Positions 50,453 through 59,612 of a stretch of 64,000 nt of DNA are shown in pieces; within the stretch, counting starts at the first letter, position 1; every line of letters starts with the position of its first letter. Origin of the DNA: an uncultured candidate division Zixibacteria bacterium. GTDB lineage: Bacteria > Zixibacteria > MSB-5A5 > GN15 > PGXB01. Position numbers and translations under genes: made by a program. Under the pieces are notes generated by a model, which was not told where the DNA came from, ran no database searches, and saw only the letters and a program-made list of their open reading frames with translations. The stretch lies in contig OY969724.1 of assembly GCA_963702205.1 (NCBI GenBank), forward strand, positions 736,001-800,000, written 5' to 3'.

Positions 50453-50770
50453 ATGACGACTATGAACAAACAAAAATACGATTCACGGGCCGCGGTCATG
50501 AAGGCTATGGCGCATCCTACCCGGCTGTTCATTATAGATGAATTGTCGCGGCGGGAGCGGTGTGTCTGCGAGTTGACCGAGATGATCGGGGATGACGTCT
50601 CCACTGTTTCCAAACACCTGGCCCTTCTAAAACAGGCCGGGCTGGTCGAGATGGACAAGCGCGGTTTGAAAGTTTTTTACAGCCTTAAGGTGCCGTGCAT
50701 ATTGAGCTTTTTCGGATGTGTCGAAAGCGTTTTGAAATCACAGCTCAAACAGCTCGAAATCAAGGGATAA
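50453..50770 (+). CDS. ArsR/SmtB-family regulator
   Basis: KAMAHPTRL..CVCEL..STVSKHL..AGLV. Confidence 0.9.
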   Translation: MTTMNKQKYDSRAAVMKAMAHPTRLFIIDELSRRERCVCELTEMIGDDVSTVSKHLALLKQAGLVEMDKRGLKVFYSLKVPCILSFFGCVESVLKSQLKQLEIKG

Positions 50771-50792
50771 GAAATCACCGGAGAATAATGTT

Positions 50793-52091
50793 GTGAACTG
50801 GAAACGTGAATGGAAACCGCTGGCGATAATGGTCGCCGCGTTTGCCGTGCTGTTTTATCTCCCGATCGAATCGGTGCGAGTACGCAATTCCATAATGGAG
50901 GCGTTTTATCTGGCTAAATGGTACGCCCGGGAGCATGTAATACTTTGTTTGGTTCCGGCCTTTTTCATCGCCGGCGCCATTGCGGCTTTTGTCAGCCAGG
51001 GATCGGTAATGAAATATCTCGGCGCCAAAGCCAATAAGGTTGTATCGTACGGTGTCGCGTCGGTTTCAGGCTCGGTACTGGCGGTATGCTCCTGCACCGT
51101 CCTGCCATTGTTTGCCGGGATCTATCGCATGGGGGCGGGTCTCGGCCCGGCCGTGACGTTTTTGTATGCCGGACCGGCCATAAACGTCCTGGCGATTGTA
51201 CTTACCGCCCGCGTTCTGGGATTGGAACTGGGCGTTGCCCGTGCGGTCGGGGCGATCGCGTTCAGCATCATTATCGGACTTATCATGCACCTGCTGTTTT
51301 TGCGCGAGGAGATCGAAAAGGCGGCGACCCAGGCGGCGCTTCCCGAACCGGAGGTTTCACGACCGCTGTGGAAGAACACGATCTTTTTTGCCGTTTTGGT
51401 GGCGGTGCTGGTTTTCGCCAACTGGGGCCGGACCGATGAAACCTCGGGAGTGTGGGCGTTTATATACGGCTATAAATGGCTGATTACCGGCCTTTCCGGC
51501 GCGGCGCTGGGAGCCATTCTGATTTTCTGGTTCAATCTTCCGAAGATTAAAATCGTGCTGACCGGATTGGTTGTACTTATCCTTGCCGTAGTTTTCCCGC
51601 AGCAACCTTTGATCTCTTTCGGTACGGCGGTGGTCGGTCTGTCTTTGTTGACGAGCAACCGCGACGATGAATCCGGCGAGTGGTTTTCTCAGACGTGGGG
51701 ATTCACCAAACAGATATTGCCTTTGCTTCTCGGGGGCGTGCTGGTGGCGGGACTGCTTTTGGGCCGTCCGGGCAGCGAGGGAATTGTACCATCGTCGTGG
51801 ATAAGTTCCTGGGTAGGCGGCAATTCGATTGCATCCAACCTGTTCGCATCGGTGGTCGGGGCGTTTATGTACTTCGCGACTCTTACCGAGATTCCGATTC
51901 TTCAGGGTCTGCTCGGAAACGGTATGGGCAAGGGCCCGGCCCTGGCGCTGCTGCTGGCCGGGCCGGCATTGTCCCTGCCCAATATGCTGGTGATACGCTC
52001 GGTGATGGGCACGAAAAAGACGATCATATTCGTACTATTGGTAATTGTCATGGCCACCGTAACCGGGATCGTCTACGGAGCCATATTTTAG
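50793..52091 (+). CDS. ArsP/DUF318-family permease
   Basis: VCSCTVLP, AGPAIN, MYFATLTEIP, AGPALSLP. Confidence 0.85.
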   Translation: MNWKREWKPLAIMVAAFAVLFYLPIESVRVRNSIMEAFYLAKWYAREHVILCLVPAFFIAGAIAAFVSQGSVMKYLGAKANKVVSYGVASVSGSVLAVCSCTVLPLFAGIYRMGAGLGPAVTFLYAGPAINVLAIVLTARVLGLELGVARAVGAIAFSIIIGLIMHLLFLREEIEKAATQAALPEPEVSRPLWKNTIFFAVLVAVLVFANWGRTDETSGVWAFIYGYKWLITGLSGAALGAILIFWFNLPKIKIVLTGLVVLILAVVFPQQPLISFGTAVVGLSLLTSNRDDESGEWFSQTWGFTKQILPLLLGGVLVAGLLLGRPGSEGIVPSSWISSWVGGNSIASNLFASVVGAFMYFATLTEIPILQGLLGNGMGKGPALALLLAGPALSLPNMLVIRSVMGTKKTIIFVLLVIVMATVTGIVYGAIF

Positions 52092-52100
52092 GAGGCATAA

Positions 52101-52349
52101 ATGAAAGAGATAAAAATACTGGGGCCGGGGTGCGCCAAATGTGTCGAGCTGTTCGAACGCACGCGCAAGGCCGCCGATGAACTCGGGCTCGAATGCGACG
52201 TGCGCAAAATCAGCGACATCAAGGAGATCATGAATTACGGCATCATGATGACCCCGGCGCTGGTGGTCGACGGGGAGGTTAAAGTGTACGGTAAGGTGCC
52301 GTCGGTTGATGCGTTGAAAAAGATGATATCGGGGCAGGGGGGAGTTTAA
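52101..52349 (+). CDS. Small thioredoxin-family redox protein
   Basis: ILGPGCAKC..TPALVVDG. Confidence 0.88.
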   Translation: MKEIKILGPGCAKCVELFERTRKAADELGLECDVRKISDIKEIMNYGIMMTPALVVDGEVKVYGKVPSVDALKKMISGQGGV

Positions 52350-52363
52350 ATTGGTCATATGGC

Positions 52364-52866
52364 AAAGATCCGGCGGGTCCGAGGACCGGCCGGGCACAAC
52401 GTACGTACTAATGCGGTGCCCCGCCGCTTGGGGCTTGTTGAAAAAGCTTGTTCGGTCAGGTCCTGCGTCCCGATTTATCGGGGCGAGTGACCTGACCGCA
52501 TTGTAAGTCATTGAAGCTAAAGAGGCCGTCAGGTGTCAATCCCGACTTCGTCGGGATCAGCACCTGACGGAACATATTGGCACCACTTTTTCAACAAGCC
52601 CCTTGCGGTGGGATTGCAGCCACAGGTCATAGGGACGATTGGTGTTGAATTTGATTTATATGGTAAAGAAGATGTCGAAACCTCCCTCGCTTTGCTCGGG
52701 ACCTTCGGCAGGGATTTCGACCTACAAGAACTGAGGACCCGCCGGGCACAACGTACATACGGTTACAACGATATACCGTCAATGGAGGGATTCAAGATGT
52801 CGGGTTTCTCGAAGAATCGGAACCCGACCTACAAGACTTGATTCCCGCGTAAGCGGGAATGACATT
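52364..52866. repeat. Second REP/MITE-like palindrome cluster
   Basis: GGGCTTGTTGAAAAA..TTTTTCAACAAGCCC inverted ends; GATGTC..GACCTAC hairpins; GAGGACCCGCCGGGCACAAC units; ATTCCCGCGTAAGCGGGAATGAC. Confidence 0.8.
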
Positions 52867-52963
52867 GTTGGTGCGATGTACTTACGACCATTAATTATGA
52901 TGTCACGCCGCGAGTCGGCGTGACCTACGAAGATTGAAATGATATAATAGTGGTTTATAAAAG

Positions 52964-53467
52964 GTGAGGTGTGATGTGTTTAAAATTCTGCTGTACTCAT
53001 GGTTGCTGGCTGCCGCCGTGCTCGGCGTGGCTGTCGCTGACGAGCCAAAGGACGATTCGGCTGCGGTCGCTGCTATCAACGCCGATTCTTCAAAGGCTGA
53101 CGATACGGCTGTGTCTACCGACAAGGTTTATGCCTATTATTTTCACGGTGACGTGCGTTGCGCCACCTGTAAGAAGCTCGAAGCCTATTCGGGTGATGCT
53201 CTCACAACCGGCTTCGAAAAAGAATTGGGCGATAGTTCCCTTGTATGGGAGGCGGTGAATTACGATCGTGAGGCCAACAAGCACTATATCGATGATTTTC
53301 AGCTCTACACCAAGGCACTGGTACTGTTTCGTCAGAAAGACGGCAAAATAACCGACTGGAAAAATCTCGACAAGATATGGGAACTGGTCGGCGACAAAGA
53401 CGAATACATTAAGTACGTCCAGTCTGAAACCAGGAATTTCCTTGAGGGCAAGGCCACCGATGAATGA
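52964..53467 (+). CDS. ArsF-family secreted thioredoxin-like protein (start possibly GTG 52976)
   Basis: Signal peptide; YYFHGDVRCATC; WKNLDKIW. Confidence 0.7.
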   Translation: MRCDVFKILLYSWLLAAAVLGVAVADEPKDDSAAVAAINADSSKADDTAVSTDKVYAYYFHGDVRCATCKKLEAYSGDALTTGFEKELGDSSLVWEAVNYDREANKHYIDDFQLYTKALVLFRQKDGKITDWKNLDKIWELVGDKDEYIKYVQSETRNFLEGKATDE

Positions 53468-54155
53468 TTCGTTCCTGATGGCGATGGTGTCGGCCTGCTG
53501 GGTCGGAATATTGACATCCATCTCGCCGTGCCCGCTGGCGTCGAATATCGCCGCGATCAGCTTTATCGGCAAGCGGATTAACCGCCCGGGGGTTGTTCTA
53601 TTGTCCGGGCTGCTTTATACTGCCGGTCGGACGATAACCTATATTGCCCTGGGGGGGCTGATCGTTACCGGTTTGCTGGCGGTGCCGAAACTGTCGTTTT
53701 TTCTACAGAACAACATGAATAAAATTCTGGGTCCGGTTTTGATCGCAGTCGGGCTGGTGCTGGTGGGGCTGATTAACGTCCGTATGTCCGGCCCCGGATT
53801 CGGACAGAAATTGCAGGCTCGGGTGGAAAAATCCGGGATGTGGGGGCCTTTGTTTCTGGGGCTGTTGTTCGCCCTGTCGTTTTGCCCGGTGTCGGCGGCG
53901 CTGTTTTTCGGCAGTTTGATTCCGATCGCGGTGGAGCAGGAATCGAATGTCGTCATGCCGACGGTTTACGGTATCGGGACAGCCTTGCCGGTGGTTGTTT
54001 TTGCGGTGCTTATCGCGTTCGGGGCGAGGTTTATCGGAGAATGGTTTGATCGTCTGGCCCAGTTCGAGAAATGGGCGCGCCGGATTACGGGCGCGATTTT
54101 CGTATTGGTAGGGGTGTACTATTCGTTGATTTATATTTTTGGGGTGGATGTATAA
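53460..54155 (+). CDS. ArsG-family / DsbD-CcdA-like membrane protein
   Basis: SISPCPLASN, FALSFCPVS. Confidence 0.75.
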   Translation: MNDSFLMAMVSACWVGILTSISPCPLASNIAAISFIGKRINRPGVVLLSGLLYTAGRTITYIALGGLIVTGLLAVPKLSFFLQNNMNKILGPVLIAVGLVLVGLINVRMSGPGFGQKLQARVEKSGMWGPLFLGLLFALSFCPVSAALFFGSLIPIAVEQESNVVMPTVYGIGTALPVVVFAVLIAFGARFIGEWFDRLAQFEKWARRITGAIFVLVGVYYSLIYIFGVDV

Positions 54156-54184
54156 TTCAGATAGTGAATAAGACCCCGGCGGGT

Positions 54185-54464
54185 CTGAGGACCCGCCGGG
54201 CACAACGTACATACAGTCTCACTTATTCATGGTTTAAGAAGTCGGGTTTCTCGAAGACTCGGAACCCGACCTACTTTCCTGAGGACCCGCCGGGCACAAC
54301 GTACATACAGTCTCACTTATTCATGGTTTAAGAAGTCGGGTTTCTCGAAGACTCGGAACCCGACCTACTTTCCTGAGGACCCGCCGGGCACAACGCGCGT
54401 AAGGTTTCAATGATTTATGGTTTAAGAAGTCGGGTTTCTCGAAGACTCGGCCCGACCTACTTTC
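54185..54464. repeat. Three tandem ~94-bp BIME-like units
   Basis: Units start CTGAGGACCCGCCGGGCACAAC at 54185, 54279, 54373; first two identical, third diverged. Confidence 0.9.
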
Positions 54465-54473
54465 CAATAATAA

Positions 54474-54902
54474 TCAGCCTATTTCGAGCAGTTCAATGTC
54501 GAAGACGAGGGTTTTGCCGGCCAGCGGATGGTTGGCGTCGAGTTTGACCGTCTCATCGGTGATGTCCGCCACCATCACGTTCAGCGGCTGACCGTTGGGC
54601 TGTTCCATCTGAAGCTGCTGACCGAGGGCCGGTTCGATATTTTCCGGGAAAGCGCTCTTGTTGACCTCGAACATGAGTTCTTCGCGCTTGGGGCCGTAAG
54701 CGTCTTCGGGTTGAATCGTGATCGTTTTGTTCTGCCCGACTTCCATGCCCACAATGCCTTTTTCGAAACCGGGGATGACTTTTTGTTTGCCGACTTCGAA
54801 CGAAAAGGGCTGGCGGTCGCGGGATGAATCGAAAACGGTGTCGTCTTCGAGTTTGCCGGTATAATGAAGTTTTACTTTGTCGCCGTCTTTGACATGAGCC
54901 AT
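54474..54902 (-). CDS. FKBP-type peptidyl-prolyl isomerase (SlyD/SlpA family)
   Basis: HYTGKL..FDSS..VIPGFE..DANHPLAGK. Confidence 0.9.
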   Translation of the reverse strand: MAHVKDGDKVKLHYTGKLEDDTVFDSSRDRQPFSFEVGKQKVIPGFEKGIVGMEVGQNKTITIQPEDAYGPKREELMFEVNKSAFPENIEPALGQQLQMEQPNGQPLNVMVADITDETVKLDANHPLAGKTLVFDIELLEIG

Positions 54903-55041
54903 CGGAGACCTCCTCTGCCTTGTTAACTTTTGAACCCAAACCAATCAGAACACGGCGGTCCCAATATCCCGGCCGGTTGGCGGCCGGGGCTCAGGCCATA
55001 TTTTTTTTTAGATTAACAGGAAATAAATCAAATGCAAGGAT

Positions 55042-55470
55042 TTAATCGATTTCGACTATTTCGACGTCGAATTCGAGCGTTTTCCCGGCCAGCGGGTGGT
55101 TGGCGTCGATCGTGACGGTGTTGTCCGTCAGGCCGGTCACGACCACGGTTACCTCGTCGCCGCCCTCGCGCTCCATGCGCAACTGCTGGCCGATAAACGG
55201 CGTCATATTGTCGGGAAACTGACCGCGGTCGACGTCGGCAATCAGGTTGTTATCGTGTTCGCCGAACGCTTCCTCGGGCGTGACGGTGAAAGATTTTTTC
55301 TCCCCAACTTCCATGCCGATCAGGTTTTTGCGGATACCCTCGATGACCTGGCCTTCGCCGAGGTCGAACTGTTCCGGGTCGCGGTTTTCGGTGGACTGGT
55401 AGAGTTGGCCGTCTTCGAATTTGGCGTTATAGTGCAGTTTGACTTTATCGCCGGATTTTATTTTTGTCAT
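55042..55470 (-). CDS. Second FKBP-type peptidyl-prolyl isomerase (tandem paralogue)
   Basis: KVKLHY..PEEAFG..DANHPLAGK. Confidence 0.88.
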   Translation of the reverse strand: MTKIKSGDKVKLHYNAKFEDGQLYQSTENRDPEQFDLGEGQVIEGIRKNLIGMEVGEKKSFTVTPEEAFGEHDNNLIADVDRGQFPDNMTPFIGQQLRMEREGGDEVTVVVTGLTDNTVTIDANHPLAGKTLEFDVEIVEID

Positions 55471-55551
55471 GCCGCCTCCAAATCATAAAATTTCTTATTT
55501 GACTTTTGAACGGATAAGCCGGTCTATTGTTCCTCGGAAAGCGGAACCGAT

Positions 55552-56346
55552 TTAATAGTCTTTCTTCAAGAATATAAAAACCGCCAGAAGAATCATCACC
55601 GCCGCGAACAGAACCGACGACCAGACGGCATAAAAATTGGTCAGGCCCTCGTTCAGAATAAGTGAAGTGGTATTGTCCGCAATCTGATCCATCTTGGGCA
55701 GGATATGATAGATAGTGTCAAAGGCCACCTGCCAGGCTTTCCCGAGAAAACCGTAGGCGAATTCACGTTTGGCCAGCAGGCCGGTGGCGATACTCAGAGC
55801 GAAATAGCCGATGATCGCGACCGCGGTCGAACTGCTGACCAGCCCCAGAATGAAGACGATGCTGTATATTACGAGAAACTCGATGCATCCCACGAGCAGG
55901 CCCGGGAAAAAGGTCCAGATGGGGCCGTCGAGACGGAAAGACAGGACCAGCCACAGCGGCAAACACATGAGCACCATGACCGCGATCATGATGAGATAGA
56001 CCGAACAGAATTTCATCAGGAGCAGTTTTATCCGGCTGATCGGCTTGGACAGATTGAGTTCGACTCTCCCCTTATTCAGATACGACGGCAGCAGGCCCGC
56101 CGCCCCGAACACCATCAGGAACATGGCAAAGCCCATATATTTGGAAAAGAGCTGGGCGATCAGTGTACTTACGAATGACTGGGCGGTCGGATTGTTGTCG
56201 ATGACGCTGTGACCGTCGATGCTTACGCTCGGAACCAGTATGAATATCAGGGTAATCAAAACCGTGACGGCACCATAGAGATAGAGCATCTTGCGGTGGA
56301 TAATTTCCAGCATCGAATCGTAGAGGACAGCCGCGAACTTACGCAT
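55552..56346 (-). CDS. ABC-2 type transporter permease
   Basis: Multi-TM; LSKPISR; ends KKDY. Confidence 0.8.
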   Translation of the reverse strand: MRKFAAVLYDSMLEIIHRKMLYLYGAVTVLITLIFILVPSVSIDGHSVIDNNPTAQSFVSTLIAQLFSKYMGFAMFLMVFGAAGLLPSYLNKGRVELNLSKPISRIKLLLMKFCSVYLIMIAVMVLMCLPLWLVLSFRLDGPIWTFFPGLLVGCIEFLVIYSIVFILGLVSSSTAVAIIGYFALSIATGLLAKREFAYGFLGKAWQVAFDTIYHILPKMDQIADNTTSLILNEGLTNFYAVWSSVLFAAVMILLAVFIFLKKDY

Positions 56347-57313
56347 CGCTTCGGCCCTCTTGTACGGTGTTCTGTGCCGCACCTTTGACCAGTTGCATGA
56401 AGCTGTCTTCGAGGCCCATGCGAATCGGGGCGACGGCCAAAAGCTCGACGTTGCATCCTCGCAGCAGGTCGATCAGGCCGTTGACGTCTTTTTCGTCGTT
56501 GAAGGCGATCGAGATGGTATGGCCGTCGATCTGGGCCCAGTTGTATTTTTCGGAAATTCGGGCGCGGGCATCGTCGGTGAGCTGCACGGTGTCGATTTTG
56601 AAGCTCGGCTTCATTTCGGTCAGGCCGACCACCGGCCCGACTTTGAGGAGCTTGCCCTTATCGAGAATGGCGACGCGGTCGCAGGTGGTTTCCACTTCGG
56701 CCAGCAGGTGTGAGTTCAGAAATATCGTCCGGCCCTGCCTTTTGATGTCTTTTAGTATATCGCGAATTTCTCTTCGGCCGATGGGATCGACACCGTCGGT
56801 TGGTTCATCGAGGAAGATCAAGTCCGGGTCGTTGAGCATCGCCTGCGCGAGTCCGATGCGCTGCATCATGCCTTTGGAATATTTCCTTATTTTGGTGTCG
56901 CTCCAGCGCGTCATGCCGACCAGTTCCAATAGCGGCCCGGCCTTGGCTTTGATCTGCGCGGCGGAGAGCCCGGCCATACCGCCGAAACATTTCATTGTCT
57001 GCATACCGGTCATATACAACGGGAAGCGGTGGTTTTCGGGCAGATAGCCGACCTTTTCGTGGGAGCGCCAGGAAATTATATCTTCACCGAATATAGTCGC
57101 ACCGCCGCCGGTGGCCCGAAGCGAGCCGAGCAGGACTTTGATCATGGTCGTCTTGCCCGCGCCGTTGGGTCCGAGCAGTCCGAAGATTTCGCCGCGACGA
57201 ACGTCGAAGGTCACTTTGTCCAAAGCCGTGACGACCGTCCCGCCGAAGACGGCTTTGAAAACTTTGGTCAGATCATTTATCGAAATGGCGGTGTTGTTTT
57301 CGGTCATAATCAA
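56339..57313 (-). CDS. ABC transporter ATP-binding protein
   Basis: GPNGAGKT, YSKGM, FLDEP, NSH. Confidence 0.92.
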   Translation of the reverse strand: MIMTENNTAISINDLTKVFKAVFGGTVVTALDKVTFDVRRGEIFGLLGPNGAGKTTMIKVLLGSLRATGGGATIFGEDIISWRSHEKVGYLPENHRFPLYMTGMQTMKCFGGMAGLSAAQIKAKAGPLLELVGMTRWSDTKIRKYSKGMMQRIGLAQAMLNDPDLIFLDEPTDGVDPIGRREIRDILKDIKRQGRTIFLNSHLLAEVETTCDRVAILDKGKLLKVGPVVGLTEMKPSFKIDTVQLTDDARARISEKYNWAQIDGHTISIAFNDEKDVNGLIDLLRGCNVELLAVAPIRMGLEDSFMQLVKGAAQNTVQEGRSDA

Positions 57314-57337
57314 TTAGACGGCTTCGCTTTTAAAAGG

Positions 57338-58168
57338 TTACTCGATTTCGACATAATCGATTCGGTTTAACAAGGTATCGAGCGCTTCTATTTTCAACGT
57401 GTCGCCGCTCCGGTCGAGGCGGCAGAAACTGAACGTCTTATCAAAAACCTGGCCGTAAATATTGTCCCGCGCCTTGTTATAAAGTGGCGCGCCGCCTGCT
57501 CCGGCGACGATGTAATATATGCCGTTGGCTTTCGATCTTTCATAGTCGTGATCGTGGCCGTTGAAGACGGCATCGACGCCGTACTTCCTGAACAGCACTC
57601 CCCAACTCTGACGCAAGTGTTTCTCGTCTTCTTCGTGAGGACCGCTGCTGTACGGCGGGTGATGGAAAATCGCCACCGTGAATTTGGTTTCCGGTCCGGT
57701 GTTTTTCAATTCGTTTTGCAGCCATTTGTACTGCTCGGATTTCCTGTCGGTTTTCGTGCAGCTGTTCAGGACGATAAATTTGATGCTGTCGATATTGACA
57801 CTGTACCATTGTTCGTTTCCGGGCAGGTCGAAATGTTCGTAGTACAGCGGAGAATCGTGCTCGTGATTGCCGAGGGTCGGATAAAAGGCGGCGGTTTTCA
57901 GCAGGTGTCCCGTGATCGCGAAAAAAGTGTCCCAGTCGGCTTCGACGCGGCCGTCGGCGACCAGATCGCCGGTGTGGAAGACGGCTTGCGGATGAACCTG
58001 TTCTATCGCCCGGACCACCGCCCGGTGGTCATTGTGATTGGTGCGAGTGTCACCGTAGATGACGATCGGGGCTGTTTTATCGGCCGTCGTGGTTGGCGGC
58101 GTCCCGGCCAACAGGGTCAAAGCGGCGGCGAAAATAAGAACGAATATTAATATTTTTGAATTTTTCAT
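57338..58168 (-). CDS. Secreted metallophosphoesterase (purple acid phosphatase-like)
   Basis: GDTR, GDLV, GNHE, HHP, GHDH. Confidence 0.88.
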   Translation of the reverse strand: MKNSKILIFVLIFAAALTLLAGTPPTTTADKTAPIVIYGDTRTNHNDHRAVVRAIEQVHPQAVFHTGDLVADGRVEADWDTFFAITGHLLKTAAFYPTLGNHEHDSPLYYEHFDLPGNEQWYSVNIDSIKFIVLNSCTKTDRKSEQYKWLQNELKNTGPETKFTVAIFHHPPYSSGPHEEDEKHLRQSWGVLFRKYGVDAVFNGHDHDYERSKANGIYYIVAGAGGAPLYNKARDNIYGQVFDKTFSFCRLDRSGDTLKIEALDTLLNRIDYVEIE

Positions 58169-58256
58169 TTTATATACCTCGAAATAATCTTTGTGAGATC
58201 AGAGTAATCGATAAGACTCGGAAAAACAATAATAAATCTTAAGATGATTTGAGCGT

Positions 58257-58433
58257 CTAAAACGGTCTAACCCGGGCGGTTCGGTCCGGCGGGATCAGGA
58301 ATTTCTCGCTTTTGAGAATATCGCTAACCGCCCGGATAAAGTGGTTTGGCGATAAATGCTGCAGGTGATAGGCGTGCCAGTATTTCCTGATTTTAAGGTT
58401 TTCGAAATCGGGGTCTTTTTTGTCGATGCGCAT
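58257..58433 (-). CDS. Small hypothetical protein (58 aa, MRIDKKDPDFENLKIRKYWHAYHLQH...)
   Basis: Translated by hand; GGAGG just upstream of the ATG. Confidence 0.5.
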   Translation of the reverse strand: MRIDKKDPDFENLKIRKYWHAYHLQHLSPNHFIRAVSDILKSEKFLIPPDRTARVRPF

Positions 58434-58533
58434 GGTGCCTCCATTTTAAAAATTTGCGGCGAGACACCACCAAGATCGAGAGTTTTACTTGTGGAATATT
58501 AGCGCGGTTTGAAAATATGATTAAATCGGGCGG

Positions 58534-59355
58534 TTAACGCCTCTGACACCGGGGGCAGTAGTGGGCCGAGCGGGAGCCGATTTTCTCGCGGCGAATCTTG
58601 GTGCCGCAGTTGGGGCACGGTTCACCCTCGCGGCCGTAAACAAGCAAGTATTTCTGAAAGCGGCCGGTCTCACCGTTGACCCCGGCGAAGCTGTCGACCG
58701 ACGTGCCCATCTTGCTGATGGCTTTGGTCAGAAGTCTTTGTATGTGGCCGTGGAGCTCGACCAGTTTTTTCGACGAAATCGAATCGGTTAATCTTCTCGG
58801 GTGGATTTTCGCGGCAAACAGGGATTCATCGGCGTAAATGTTACCCAGCCCGGCCAAAAACGTCTGGTCGAGCAGGGCCGGTTTGATCATGCGCCGGGTT
58901 TTTTTAAACAGCGCAATAAAATCATCGGTCGAAATTTCCAGCGGTTCCGGGCCGAGTTCGACCAGTCCCTTTTGATTTAAGACTTCACCGGTTCGATAGA
59001 GCCGGATGCGCCCGAAACGACGGTAGTCGTTGAAGCGCAGATTGTGGCCGTTGCCCTTGAGATTGAAAATCATCAGGTCGTGCTTGCCGATCAGATCAGT
59101 CTTGGGGAAATAGTAAAAATGGCCGGTCATTTTGAGATGCACCCAGAGAGTGTAGTCGTTGTCGAGGTCGATCAGGATATTTTTGCCGCGCCGACGAATG
59201 CCGGTGATGCGGCAGCCGGGCAGTTTTCTGGCCCAGCCCGGTTTATTGTCCAGATTGTACTTATCGTAATTGACTTTGACAGATTCGATCGTCTTGCCGC
59301 CGACCGTTTTTATCAGGCCGCGGATGACGGTTTCGACTTCCGGAAGTTCCGGCAT
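58534..59355 (-). CDS. mutM: Formamidopyrimidine-DNA glycosylase
   Basis: MPELPEVE, GLGNIYADE, C-terminal CPNC..CPRCQ. Confidence 0.96.
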   Translation of the reverse strand: MPELPEVETVIRGLIKTVGGKTIESVKVNYDKYNLDNKPGWARKLPGCRITGIRRRGKNILIDLDNDYTLWVHLKMTGHFYYFPKTDLIGKHDLMIFNLKGNGHNLRFNDYRRFGRIRLYRTGEVLNQKGLVELGPEPLEISTDDFIALFKKTRRMIKPALLDQTFLAGLGNIYADESLFAAKIHPRRLTDSISSKKLVELHGHIQRLLTKAISKMGTSVDSFAGVNGETGRFQKYLLVYGREGEPCPNCGTKIRREKIGSRSAHYCPRCQRR

Positions 59356-59390
59356 GGTTTATTGGTCCCGAAGTTTACAGATTGTTACGG

Positions 59391-59600
59391 CTATTGACCG
59401 GCGAGTTTTTGAAATTCGGAGACGATTTCATCGACGTCGTAGCCGTGCATCTCGGCGGCCATTTCGATCGTCTCCAGGCGCATGCTGGGACAGGCATAAC
59501 AGCCGCCGTGGAAGAATTTCTTGATGACCGCTGACGCCTCGGGAATCTTCTCGATGATTTCACCGATGGTCGTGTCTTTGTTGATGGTAATCGTGTTCAT
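59391..59600 (-). CDS. DUF1858-family protein
   Basis: INKDTTIGEII..GCYAC..ETIE..HG. Confidence 0.75.
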   Translation of the reverse strand: MNTITINKDTTIGEIIEKIPEASAVIKKFFHGGCYACPSMRLETIEMAAEMHGYDVDEIVSEFQKLAGQ

Positions 59601-59612
59601 ATGCTTTCCCGA

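Noticed and set aside
54185..54464. CRISPR array
   Set aside because: The would-be spacers are identical between units, the period is 94 bp, the motifs match dispersed REPs and no cas genes are present
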